A stretch of 32,000 bases of DNA from Planctopirus limnophila DSM 3776 (GTDB taxonomy: Bacteria > Planctomycetota > Planctomycetia > Planctomycetales > Planctomycetaceae): assembly GCF_000092105.1 (NCBI RefSeq), contig NC_014148.1:2130001-2162000 (forward strand), in the 5' to 3' direction. The position numbers were made by a program, and so were the translations under genes. Shown here in pieces: positions 19,117 through 28,700 of the stretch. The number at the start of each line of letters is the position of its first letter. The first letter of the stretch is position 1. The notes under the pieces were generated by a model. It did no database searches and was not told the DNA's origin. It saw nothing but the letters and a program-made list of their open reading frames with translations.

Positions 19117-19983
19117 ATGGATCTGGATCAGTTAAGATATTTTCTGCAGGTGGCTCGTGAAGGAAGTTTCACCAGAGCGGCTGAAACACTCCATATTTCT
19201 CAACCAGCCCTCAGCCGCTCGATTCAAAAGCTGGAAGAAGAGTTTGGTCGCCCAGTCTTTGAGCGCAAAACTCGATCTGTCGAACTGACCGATGCGGGCC
19301 AGCTGCTGCAATCGCGGGCCCAGCAAGTCCTTTCCATATTGGACGACACCAAATCGGAGTTGATGGATGATGGAGAAAGTGGCCGAGTCCGCATTGGAGC
19401 CATACCCACCATTGCCCCTTATTTTCTACCAACTGTCCTCCGCCGTTTCTCCCAAAAATTTCCACGGGCTACGGTCTTTGTGCAGGAGAGCACGACCGAT
19501 GTCCTGTTGAAAAGTTGCACGCAGGGAGAAATCGACCTCGCTGTCCTCGCACTTCCCGTCCCGGCCAAGTATCTCGAAGTTGAAGAACTTTTCGACGAAG
19601 AATTACTGCTGGTGCTGCCGACAGATCATCCACTGGTTGAGAAAGACAAGATCCGGGTCACAGACGTGGAGCCTTTCCCCTTTGTACTGCTCGACGAGGC
19701 TCATTGCCTCTCGGATAACATCGTCTCGTTTTGTCGACAACGATCTTTTCAGCCCGTGGCGGTCGAACGCATCAGCCAACTGGCCATGGTGCAGGAACTG
19801 GTCTCTCTTTCACACGGCATCTCCATGATCCCGGCTATGGCGCGGCAGCTCGATCAGAGTGACCGTCGTGTCTATCGTTCGTTTGCCGGTAAAAAACCGA
19901 CCCGCACAGTCGCGGTCGCATGGAACCCTTATCGCTTCCAGAGTCGCTTGCTCGAAGCATTCCGTGAATGCCTGAGGCAGTGA
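19117..19983 (+). CDS. oxyR: LysR-family hydrogen-peroxide sensor OxyR
   Basis: The N-terminal wHTH reads [44 protein letters not shown]. The redox cysteine pair has E. coli-like spacing: [13 protein letters not shown] here versus GHCLRDQAMGFC in E. coli (C199/C208). The TGC codon is at 19705-19707 and the TGT codon at 19732-19734. The gene is divergent from katG. An upstream ATG at 19102 is an alternative start. Confidence 0.8.
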   Translation: MDLDQLRYFLQVAREGSFTRAAETLHISQPALSRSIQKLEEEFGRPVFERKTRSVELTDAGQLLQSRAQQVLSILDDTKSELMDDGESGRVRIGAIPTIAPYFLPTVLRRFSQKFPRATVFVQESTTDVLLKSCTQGEIDLAVLALPVPAKYLEVEELFDEELLLVLPTDHPLVEKDKIRVTDVEPFPFVLLDEAHCLSDNIVSFCRQRSFQPVAVERISQLAMVQELVSLSHGISMIPAMARQLDQSDRRVYRSFAGKKPTRTVAVAWNPYRFQSRLLEAFRECLRQ

Positions 19984-20185
19984 TGGTAATCGGAAACCTT
20001 ATCAGGAAGTCGATGAAGGTCTGCTTGCATCGTCCAGACCTCACGAATTCCCTGCAAACTTAAAATGTCCGCAGACCTAACATTCGAGACATTCTGGGGC
20101 TTCATGGAATCAAAAAATGACCAAGATCAAATCACTTTGATCTGTTATCCTGCTCGCTAGGAAAACAATCTTATGGAACTCGATC

Positions 20186-20752
20186 ATGACTCGGCTCAAT
20201 GAACCCATCCCCACGGAAAGCATTGAGCCAACACAGCCATTCCAAGAACGCGACTTCCAGTTGAATTGCCAACTGAGTTCCAATATCGCCCAGAGCCTCG
20301 TCATGATACCTGCAGGCATGATTGGGGCTGGTCTTGGAATCATCCTCTTTCCCGAACATGCGATTTTGTCTTCTCTGCTCGGTCTCATGATTGGAGTTAT
20401 CACGGGGCTCATCATGAGTGGCGCGGTGATCGCGTACATTTCCCATTCCGTAACCCCCGTCGATGCGAACCACGAGAGAAAATTCAACAAAGCTCGATAT
20501 CGATACTTTTTCAGCATGCTTATCTTCTTTGCATTACTCATTGGACCTTACACGAAAGACTCTCTCAATGAGTTATCTAGCAGGGCTCAGGATCTGATCT
20601 TCACAATTTATGGCCTGCTGCTTCTTACCAGTACTGTTTGGTTCTTTGTTAATTGTGCAATCATTTCCATGTGGAAATGCCCTCGCTGCCATAAATCATT
20701 TCGTGGTTATCCTTGCCGCTACTGCCGGCTTGATCGTTACTGGATTCCCTAA
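20186..20752 (+). CDS. Integral membrane protein with a C-terminal CxxC-x8-CxxC zinc-ribbon-like tail, unknown function
   Basis: The 188-aa ORF starts at ATG and has several hydrophobic helices (MIPAGMIGAGLGIILF, LLGLMIGVITGLIMSGAVIAYI, FFSMLIFFALLIG, IYGLLLLTSTVWFFVNCAII). The tail reads WKCPRCHKSFRGYPCRYC. The overlapping minus-strand ORF 20110-20541 looks non-protein-like. Confidence 0.55.
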   Translation: MTRLNEPIPTESIEPTQPFQERDFQLNCQLSSNIAQSLVMIPAGMIGAGLGIILFPEHAILSSLLGLMIGVITGLIMSGAVIAYISHSVTPVDANHERKFNKARYRYFFSMLIFFALLIGPYTKDSLNELSSRAQDLIFTIYGLLLLTSTVWFFVNCAIISMWKCPRCHKSFRGYPCRYCRLDRYWIP

Positions 20753-20860
20753 CCCTGCTGTAGACTATGGCTTACATGCCTGGGCAAAATGACAGTCATC
20801 TTGCCGCCGCGCGAAACACTGAAGCAATTACACTCTAACGACTCGAAGTGATAGCAAACT

Positions 20861-22447
20861 ATGTATTCCTCTCTTTGTTACTGTAGACGATTGACGATCT
20901 TTATCGTTCTGCTCGCGATGGCCGTAAGTGCACAGGCCCAAGACAAAACGTTGTCACTTCAACTTCAAAGCCGCGCGGCAACTGTGAAAACCGCTGGAGA
21001 AGATCGATTCTCTGAGAAAAAGCTGTTTCAATTACATTACGAACAGGCTCATTGGGATCCTCAGAAAACAGCCTTGATCATTTGTGATATGTGGGATCAG
21101 CACACTTGCCCGAATGCGGCCAAGCGGGTGGCAGAATTGGCGCCGCGAGTGAACGAGGTGGTGCAAAAACTGAGATCACAAGGTGTCCTGATCATCCATG
21201 CTCCCAGCGACACTATGAAGTTTTACGAAGGGCATCCCGCCCGGCGACTGGCCCAGACAGCGCCTGTGGCGAAACCCGAGACTCCACTCAAGCGCTGGGC
21301 AGGGCTGGATTCATCGAAAGAACCACCACTTCCCATTGACGATTCTGATGGTGGCTGCGATTGCGAAACCAATTGGAAGAAGGGCATGCCCTATCCCTGG
21401 ACACGGCAGATCGCTGCGATTGAGATCGCCGAAGGTGATGCCATTTCTGATTCAGCCGAGATTTACAATCTCCTGAAAGCCAGAGGCATTGAAAACGTGC
21501 TGATCACGGGCGTGCATACAAACATGTGCGTACTGGGCCGTCCGTTCGCTATCCGCCAGCTGGTCAATCAGAAGTTCCATGTCGCGCTGATTCGCGACTT
21601 GACCGACACCATGTACAACCCGGCTAAGGCACCCTTTGTGAGTCACTTCACAGGGACAGACCTCGTCGTCGAGCACATCGAAAAATACTGGTGCCCCACC
21701 ATCACCAGCGATCAACTGATTGGCGGCAGGGAGTTTCGCTTCCAGGATGATCAGCGTCCGCATGTTGTCATACTGATTGGCGAACCTGAGTATCAGACAG
21801 CGACCACTTTACCAGCCTTTGCGATCAGCCATCTGGGAAAAGACTTTCGCGTCACAATTCTGCACATCGACGAGAAATCACAAAATCACTTTCCGGGAAT
21901 TGATGCTGTTCTTGAAGCCGATGTACTTCTGCTGAGCGTGCGCAGACATCCATTGATTCCGGGCGACCTGCAGATCATTCGCAACTATCTCTCGGCGGGG
22001 AAGCCTGTGGTTGGCATTCGGACAGCCAGCCATGCCTTCTCGTTACGCAATAAACCTGCACCGGAGGGAACTGTCGACTGGCCCTTGCTCGACCCCGAAG
22101 TCTTCGGCGGCCACTACACCAATCACTATGGTGCCGAACTCAAGACGACTGCCACCATCGTCGCTGAGCAGGCCCACCACCCCATCCTGAAAGGGTTGCC
22201 GATGAACAGCTTTCGCACAGGTGGCAGCCTCTATCAGGTTCTACCGCTGGAAGAAAAAACCACGATTCTCGCCTGGGGCAGGGCCGAAACGATCGAACAG
22301 CCGCAACCTGTCGCCTGGCTTTTCCGTCGTGCCGATGGCGGCACCTCGTTCTACACGTCGCTCGGACATATTGATGACTTTCGCGGCAGTGAATTCCCTA
22401 AGCTGCTGACACAGGCCATTCAATCTCTCGTGCCGAAGAAATCCTGA
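20861..22447 (+). CDS. Secreted two-domain protein: isochorismatase-like cysteine hydrolase domain fused to a ThuA-like domain
   Basis: The signal peptide is MYSSLCYCRRLTIFIVLLAMAVSAQAQD. The N-terminal half has ALIICDMWDQH...VLIIHAPSD...NVLITGVHTNMCVLGRPF, the Asp/Cys pattern of isochorismatase-family hydrolases. The C-terminal half has HVVILIGEPEYQT...VLLLSVRR...SFYTSLGHIDDF, typical of ThuA-like domains. Both calls are from memory. Confidence 0.65.
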   Translation: MYSSLCYCRRLTIFIVLLAMAVSAQAQDKTLSLQLQSRAATVKTAGEDRFSEKKLFQLHYEQAHWDPQKTALIICDMWDQHTCPNAAKRVAELAPRVNEVVQKLRSQGVLIIHAPSDTMKFYEGHPARRLAQTAPVAKPETPLKRWAGLDSSKEPPLPIDDSDGGCDCETNWKKGMPYPWTRQIAAIEIAEGDAISDSAEIYNLLKARGIENVLITGVHTNMCVLGRPFAIRQLVNQKFHVALIRDLTDTMYNPAKAPFVSHFTGTDLVVEHIEKYWCPTITSDQLIGGREFRFQDDQRPHVVILIGEPEYQTATTLPAFAISHLGKDFRVTILHIDEKSQNHFPGIDAVLEADVLLLSVRRHPLIPGDLQIIRNYLSAGKPVVGIRTASHAFSLRNKPAPEGTVDWPLLDPEVFGGHYTNHYGAELKTTATIVAEQAHHPILKGLPMNSFRTGGSLYQVLPLEEKTTILAWGRAETIEQPQPVAWLFRRADGGTSFYTSLGHIDDFRGSEFPKLLTQAIQSLVPKKS

Positions 22448-22642
22448 CCCGGTGATTCTGTATGAAGAGGCTCCCTGAGCGACCAGCGGCAGATTTCGCC
22501 GCAACTTAACCTGAGGCAGGTCAATTCTCGTCTTCTTTCCGGCGATGAACTTGTGATAACTCTCGCATGTGAAAATGAGCTGATGGTTCAGGTAACAATC
22601 TGAACTCGACGCTCTGCCCTGGAGCTCACAGAGAGGTCGATC

Positions 22643-23311
22643 ATGAGACGTCGTACGTTTCTTCATACCGGTTGGGTAGCCATGACATCGTTCGCAGCCG
22701 CGCAGCTTGGATGCCGGAACAAACAGGTGGCACATATCCTTTCGGAAGACGACAAAGACATGGTGGGCAGCCATACGGCTGGCGCAGAAACGTGGGAACC
22801 CCTGATCCAGACATCCGTCGGCCAGCTTCTTGGTCGACAGGAAATTGTGCTTCCCACCAGTGGTGGCGATATGGCCTTTCCTCTGCGAAAGAAAATCTGC
22901 TTCGCGGGGGTCGAGAACAAAAGCTCCGAAGAAATCGGTGATTTCAAAGCCCAGATCTATCAGAAGATCGATTCGTGCATTAACTCATCAGAAAGCTTTG
23001 AAGTCATCAATCAGAGGTACGTCGAAGCGGGCCTCCGGCAGTGCGGTCTTCGCCCCGATGATCTGTTTGTTCCGAACAGTCGCCGCATGTTCGTCGCCAC
23101 GATGGAAAAGCTGGAACAGCCATTCGACTATCTACTTTTTGCAACCATTACTTCGGGTACCACGCGCAGCAACGAGAAAAACTATCAACGTGACTATCTC
23201 TTAACGCTTGAGCTGGTCAACCTTGATAACGGAACTGCTGATAAAGAATCGGCTGAGATCCGCAAGGGATATCACAAATCGCAACTGGGTAAGCTCAAGA
23301 ACTATGGTTGA
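22643..23311 (+). CDS. LpoB-like (COG3417-type) lipoprotein with a twin-arginine signal and lipobox
   Basis: The N-terminus is MRRRTFLHTGWVAMTSFAAAQLGC, with RRxFL followed by the lipobox Cys24 (codon 22712-22714). The body reads KICFAGVENKSSEEIGDFKAQIYQKIDSCINSSESFEVINQRYV...YLLFATITSG...LTLELVNLDNG. This parallels the LpoB pattern (V.SV.N.T...L...L...L...GKF.LVS....YVLY......L.MQLV...TGE). Confidence 0.6.
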   Translation: MRRRTFLHTGWVAMTSFAAAQLGCRNKQVAHILSEDDKDMVGSHTAGAETWEPLIQTSVGQLLGRQEIVLPTSGGDMAFPLRKKICFAGVENKSSEEIGDFKAQIYQKIDSCINSSESFEVINQRYVEAGLRQCGLRPDDLFVPNSRRMFVATMEKLEQPFDYLLFATITSGTTRSNEKNYQRDYLLTLELVNLDNGTADKESAEIRKGYHKSQLGKLKNYG

Positions 23312-23376
23312 TCGATGAGAGAGGAATCTCATCTCGTGGATTGCCACTTCTCTCCATTCCTCCCGGTCATTTCGCC

Positions 23377-24786
23377 ATGAGCTGGCTATTGCCGAAAGAG
23401 CGATATCGCATTCTTGCGACGATTCTCATATCTGGGGCTATGCTGTGGCTGGCCTCAGGCTGTGCTTCGCACTCTGCCCGGGCGATGGCGATTCGAGAAT
23501 CGTTCTACTCCAACAATCTGCCTGTGGCTCTGGAAGAAATCGACCGGCATAAAGATCGGCGTTTACGGAATAACGATGTCAAACAGCTGGATCGGGCAAT
23601 CATCGAACTGGCACATGGTGATCCACAATCTGCCGAACGACTTCTACGCGCAGTACGGGATCGATTTGATCACTACGAGCAGGTTTCATTAGCCGACGAA
23701 GTGGGCAATCTGCTGGCGGATAGTAATGCTCGTGCATACGCAGGTGAAGATTACGAGAAAGTGCTGATTCGTACGTTTCTCGCTCTCAGCAGTCTGATGC
23801 ATGGTGGCGAAGATGCCGGGGCATATGCCCTGCAAACCATCGAAAAACAGCAGCAGATCATTGATCGGATCAAATCCCGCGATGAGGAGCAGGAAGCCGA
23901 GATCCTGGCCTACAAGCAAGTGGCCATCGGCCCTTACATTCGCGCGATGCTGGCAGAAGAATCTCCGCTCACACTGGATGAAGCTGCTCAGGCACGAATT
24001 CAAGTCGCTAATTGGGCACCCGATTTTCGCGATGCCAAGAGCGATCTTCAGCGGGCTCAATTTGAATCGCCACATCGCCCTGGCGAAGGGACTTTGTATC
24101 TCTTTGCCATGGTGGGCCGCGGCCCCATCAAGGAAGAAGTCGCTGAGATCGCTACTCAGGCCTCACTACTGATTGCTGACCGCATCATTTCGAATAACTC
24201 GAACCGGGGTTTGCCACCCACTTTGGCACCGGTAAAAGTTCCCAAAGTACGAACTTTTACACCGTCGATCCAAGCCGTTGAACTCTCAGTCGATGGCCAG
24301 CATTCTGCTGAAACAGCAACACTCCTCGATATTGGCGAGATGGCCCAACGTCAGGCAGATGCCCATTTCCCGCGTGTGATTGCTGAAGCCGTTGCCCGTC
24401 GAGTCATCAAAAAAGGTGTGATCTACGCCGCTAAAGAAGGTGTCGATGCTTCCCCCTGGTCGGCAGCCAGCGTGGGGCTTTCCGCCTTGGGGGTGGCCTG
24501 GGAAGCGACGGAAACTGCCGATACCCGCTGCTGGTCGCTGCTCCCGGATCAGATACAAGTTGCCAGAGTTTCGCTACTTGTTGGCGAACATGAGGTACAG
24601 CTCAGGGGAGTCAGGGGCCACTTGAAGTATCCAGGGTCTTCCGCCCGGAAAGTGACCATTCGACAAGGACGCCACACCTATCTGATGGGCTTTTTCCCGG
24701 ATGAGCAACTCGTCGGCCAGCTTATCATCAGCGAAGGCCCGGATTCTCGCAGTGGAGAATCGTCGAACTTGATGGTGAACCCCTGA
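23377..24786 (+). CDS. Large (~469 aa) putative lipoprotein, helical-repeat-like N-terminal half, unknown function
   Basis: The track ORF starts with TTG at 23308, overlapping the upstream stop. The ATG at 23377 gives MSWLLPKERYRILATILISGAMLWLASGCASHS, a signal peptide with a lipobox-like SGC. The gene lies 65 nt downstream of the LpoB-like gene on the same strand. Confidence 0.65.
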   Translation: MSWLLPKERYRILATILISGAMLWLASGCASHSARAMAIRESFYSNNLPVALEEIDRHKDRRLRNNDVKQLDRAIIELAHGDPQSAERLLRAVRDRFDHYEQVSLADEVGNLLADSNARAYAGEDYEKVLIRTFLALSSLMHGGEDAGAYALQTIEKQQQIIDRIKSRDEEQEAEILAYKQVAIGPYIRAMLAEESPLTLDEAAQARIQVANWAPDFRDAKSDLQRAQFESPHRPGEGTLYLFAMVGRGPIKEEVAEIATQASLLIADRIISNNSNRGLPPTLAPVKVPKVRTFTPSIQAVELSVDGQHSAETATLLDIGEMAQRQADAHFPRVIAEAVARRVIKKGVIYAAKEGVDASPWSAASVGLSALGVAWEATETADTRCWSLLPDQIQVARVSLLVGEHEVQLRGVRGHLKYPGSSARKVTIRQGRHTYLMGFFPDEQLVGQLIISEGPDSRSGESSNLMVNP

Positions 24787-24805
24787 GACAGTTTGTATCA
24801 GATCA

Positions 24806-25591
24806 TCATAGTCTCTTTTCACCCTGAGCCTGGCCTTCCCGCTGAAAGGCTTTGCGATACTCACCGGGTGAAGTTCCCGTGGCTTCGCGAAACTGTCGGC
24901 TGAACGACGCCTGATCGTAGAAACCGCACTCGATCGCCAGATCTCGTAAAGGAATCGCCGATTGTCTCAAGGCAATGGCGGCTGCCTCAATGCGCGCTTT
25001 TGTCAGCAATTGCCTTGGTGATAAGCCTGACATTTCTCGAATTTTTCGCTCAAACTGACTGACCGATAAACCCGATTTTGCCGCCAGTTCCATCACGCGC
25101 AGCGGCTCAGCAAAATCATTCGTCAGCGCGTCGAGTGCCTCGGCCATCGGATTCAAAGATTGCCCCTGATCGGCAGGCGTCGCCAGATCGCGCGAGATTC
25201 CTGCCAGAGCGACAATCTTCCCGGAAATGTCACTGACTGGAATTTTCTGAGAAACAAACCAGCCAATCGCACCATCTGTCCGCGTCACCATCTCCAGGCG
25301 GTTATGGACTGGCATCCCGGTGGAAAGTACCGCGTCATCCTGTTGTTCATAGCCAGCAGCCAGAGCTGACGGAAAGAGACTTTGGGCAGTCTTTCCCAGC
25401 AACTCGCTCAAAGTCCTTAACCCGGCCGCTCGAACAAAAGCCGAATTCGCTGCCACATAACGCCTCTCCACATCTTTCACGCAGAAGAGCACATCTCCGA
25501 GCGCATCGAAGAGCATTTCGGCGGCTGCTAATCCGGGAACATCCCGCAAAAGTTCGTTCCGCAGATTCTTTGCATGAGAGGGTCTTGCCAT
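24806..25591 (-). CDS. AraC-family transcriptional regulator with an N-terminal PAS-like sensor domain
   Basis: The C-terminal double HTH reads ...MELAAKSGLSVSQFERKIREMSGLSPRQLLTKARIEAAAIALRQSAIPLRDLAIECGFYDQASFSRQFREATGTSPGEYRK. The N-terminal half is PAS-like (...VLFCVKDVERRYVAANSAFV...GWFVSQKIPV.D..GKIV...). The track start at 25603 is TTG; the ATG is at 25591. The gene is divergent from putA. Confidence 0.8.
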   Translation of the reverse strand: MARPSHAKNLRNELLRDVPGLAAAEMLFDALGDVLFCVKDVERRYVAANSAFVRAAGLRTLSELLGKTAQSLFPSALAAGYEQQDDAVLSTGMPVHNRLEMVTRTDGAIGWFVSQKIPVSDISGKIVALAGISRDLATPADQGQSLNPMAEALDALTNDFAEPLRVMELAAKSGLSVSQFERKIREMSGLSPRQLLTKARIEAAAIALRQSAIPLRDLAIECGFYDQASFSRQFREATGTSPGEYRKAFQREGQAQGEKRL

Positions 25592-25743
25592 GAGGAGAGT
25601 CAATTCGTGGAAACAGAATCATCCAGGTTCAGCGGCCAGAATATCCAAAACGTCGACCAATGGAAATCATTGTATAAATTCGGCGTCGCAACAGGGCGAA
25701 TTCCCACACGACGATCATCGGATTTCAGGGTAACATTTCGATT

Positions 25744-28700
25744 ATGAAAACACTCCCCCCCCCTGAAATTTCCGTCAATCTGATTGATTCTGCTTCCTTC
25801 ATGGAGAGCGTGACTCAGCGCGCCGAGCAACTGCTGGTCAAATCCCACCTGGCTCAAACCTCGGCCGAGAAGAAAGCCGCCCAAAATGTGGCAGGTATGA
25901 TGAACGACCGTGCCGGGAAGTCGCTGACGCTGGCGATGGTTGACGAAGTCTTTCGCAGCCATCAGCCAGCCCGACAGGCCCAAAGGTGGCAAGCGGCATT
26001 AAACAGGTTTGGTATTCCCGGATATCTCCCGTGGATTGATCGCTGCCTCATGCAGATTGGCTCTCTTGCAAGTCGAATTGCTCCGGGGATCGTCATGCCT
26101 TTAGTGACGAGTCGACTGCAGAGTGAAAGCTCGAATGTCATTCTCGATGCCACACCGAGTGAACTCAAAAGGCACTTTGCCACACGCCAGAACGAGGGCT
26201 TTCGCTGCAACCTGAATCATCTGGGAGAGGCAATTCTCGGTGAGGAAGAAGCGCAACACCGCCTAAAGCTCATTCTTGGGTATCTGGCCAATCCACTTGT
26301 CGACTACGTTTCGGTCAAGATCACTGCTATTTTCAGCCAGGTGAATATCGTTGCGTGGGAAGAAACCAGTAGCGAGATTTGCGAACGCCTGAGAACAATC
26401 TTCAGAGCAGCACTTCCACAAGGAAAATTCGTCAATCTCGATATGGAAGAGTATCGAGATCTGGCGATTACCATCGAAGCGTTTCAAACCGTGCTCGATG
26501 AGCCCGAGTTTCGTCAGCTATCAGCCGGCATTGTGCTTCAGGCGTATCTGCCGGATTCATTCGCAGCCCAGAAGAACTTGACGGCATGGGCCAGAAAGCG
26601 AGTTGAATCTGGTGGCAAAGATATCAAAGTCCGCCTTGTGAAAGGGGCAAATCTGGCCATGGAACAGGTCGAAGCCGAACTTCACGGCTGGAATCAGGCG
26701 CCCTATCCCACCAAAGCCGATACAGATGCCAACTTCCGGCGTATGCTCGAGTATGGCTGCCAGCCCGAACATGCCGAGTACGTTCGTTTAGGAGTGGCTT
26801 CCCACAATCTGTTCGATATTGCGCTCGTGCTGGAACTCCGCGAGCGTCTGGGGACAACCGAACGTGTCGAACTTGAAATGCTGGAAGGGATGGCCAACCA
26901 TCAGGCGCGGGTGGTACGTGATGAAGCCCATGGTTTGTTGCTGTACTCACCCGTGGTGCAGAAGGCTGATTTTTTCAGTGCCATGTCGTATCTGGTTCGC
27001 CGACTCGATGAGAACACGGCACCCGAAAACTTCTTGCGAGCGGCCTTTTCTCTCGAACCAGATTCACCCACCTGGCATGAGCAGAAACAACGATTTGAAG
27101 ATGGCTGGAACCATCGAACAGCCGTGAGTGCTCTCTCTCGACGGATCGAACCACGCCACGATCCGCAGACGATGTCGACCTTTGAAAACGAGCCAGACAG
27201 CGACTGGACTCAGCTCCAGGTTCGCGAACAACTCAATCAGGCCATTGTCAACTGGTCAAACCCGGTCTTACCGCCACTGGCCGAACTTGATCTTGTGCTC
27301 GATCAGGCAGTTGTTTCGCAGCCTGCATGGGAATCGAGAACGATCGAAGAACGCCGGGAGATCCTCATATCAGCCGCAAACGTCATGCGACAGGATCGTT
27401 TCCGAACGATTGCCTGCATGCAGCAGGAAGCGAAAAAGGCGATCTGGGAAGCCGATGCCGAAATTTCTGAGGCGATCGATTTCGCCCGTTATTATGCGAT
27501 GGAATTTGAGATTCCTGCCTCGATGAAGGCGCAAGCACTGGGAGTGGTGGTTGTCACTCCTCCATGGAATTTTCCTTATGCAATACCGGCTGGAGGAGTT
27601 CTCGCTGCTCTCATGGCGGGTTGCAGTGTCATTCTCAAACCGGCTCCAGAAACCGCAGTCACGGCATACCTGCTGGCCAGTCAACTCTGGGAAGCTGGCG
27701 TCCCCCGGGATGTCCTGCAGTTCTTTCCTTGTGAAGACGGTGAAGTCGGCAAAGCTCTGATCACCGATTCTCGTGTCGCTGCCGTCGTGCTCACTGGTGG
27801 ATGGGAAACCGCACAGATGTTCCGCAACTGGCGGCCATCGCTGCGTCTATATGCTGAAACCAGTGGTAAGAACGCCATGGTCATCACTGCTCAGGCAGAC
27901 CGTGAACTGGCGATTAAAGATCTTGTGAAATCCGCGTTCGGACATTCAGGACAAAAGTGCAGTGCTGCCAGCCTCGCGATTGTCGATCAGGAGATTTATC
28001 ACGATCCAGCTTTTCGCAGACAATTGCGCGATGCCGCAGCCAGCTTGTTCGTAGGCCCAGCGACTGATCGACGCAGTGTTGTCACACCGCTGATTCGCCC
28101 GGCCAGCCCCGCATTACATCGAGCCTTAACGATTCTCGAACCCGGAGAAGAATGGCTGCTGGAACCCGTTCAAAGCCCCCAAGATCCTTGCCTGTGGTCT
28201 CCGGGGATCAAACTCGGCGTGAAACCTGGCTCATGGTTCCACCTCACCGAATGTTTCGGCCCGGTTCTGGGAATCATGTGCTCGACCACTCTTGATGAAG
28301 CGATCAAGTGGCAAAATGCGACATCCTTCGGTTTGACGGCCGGCCTGCATACTCTCGACAAAGAAGAGCAGGTCTACTGGAAAGATCGCGTCGAGGCCGG
28401 AAACGTCTACATCAACCGCTCAACAACGGGAGCCATTGTTCGTCGGCAGCCTTTTGGTGGTTGGAAGAGATCAAGTATTGGCCCCGGTGCCAAAGCCGGT
28501 GGCCCGAATTACAACCATCTTTTCACACGATTGACCGACAGGAACAGCTTCGTTTCACCAGTTGAGATTGAGCATAGCTACCAGAAAGCCTGGAATCAGC
28601 AGTACAGCGTGAGTCATGATCCATCGAAATTGCACTGCGAGCGAAATGAATTCCGTTATCGTCCCTCTCGGGGTGTCATTCTGAGAGTTGGTATTTGTAA

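Noticed and set aside
20110-20541. 143-aa minus-strand ORF overlapping the 20186-20752 membrane protein gene
   Set aside because: The plus-strand frame gives coherent TM helices and a Cys4 tail. The minus frame is Met/Pro/Arg/Ser-rich without structure.
22241-22774. 177-aa minus-strand ORF bridging the ThuA-fusion 3' end and the LpoB-like 5' end
   Set aside because: It overlaps two better-supported plus-strand genes and crosses their intergenic region, and it has no motifs.
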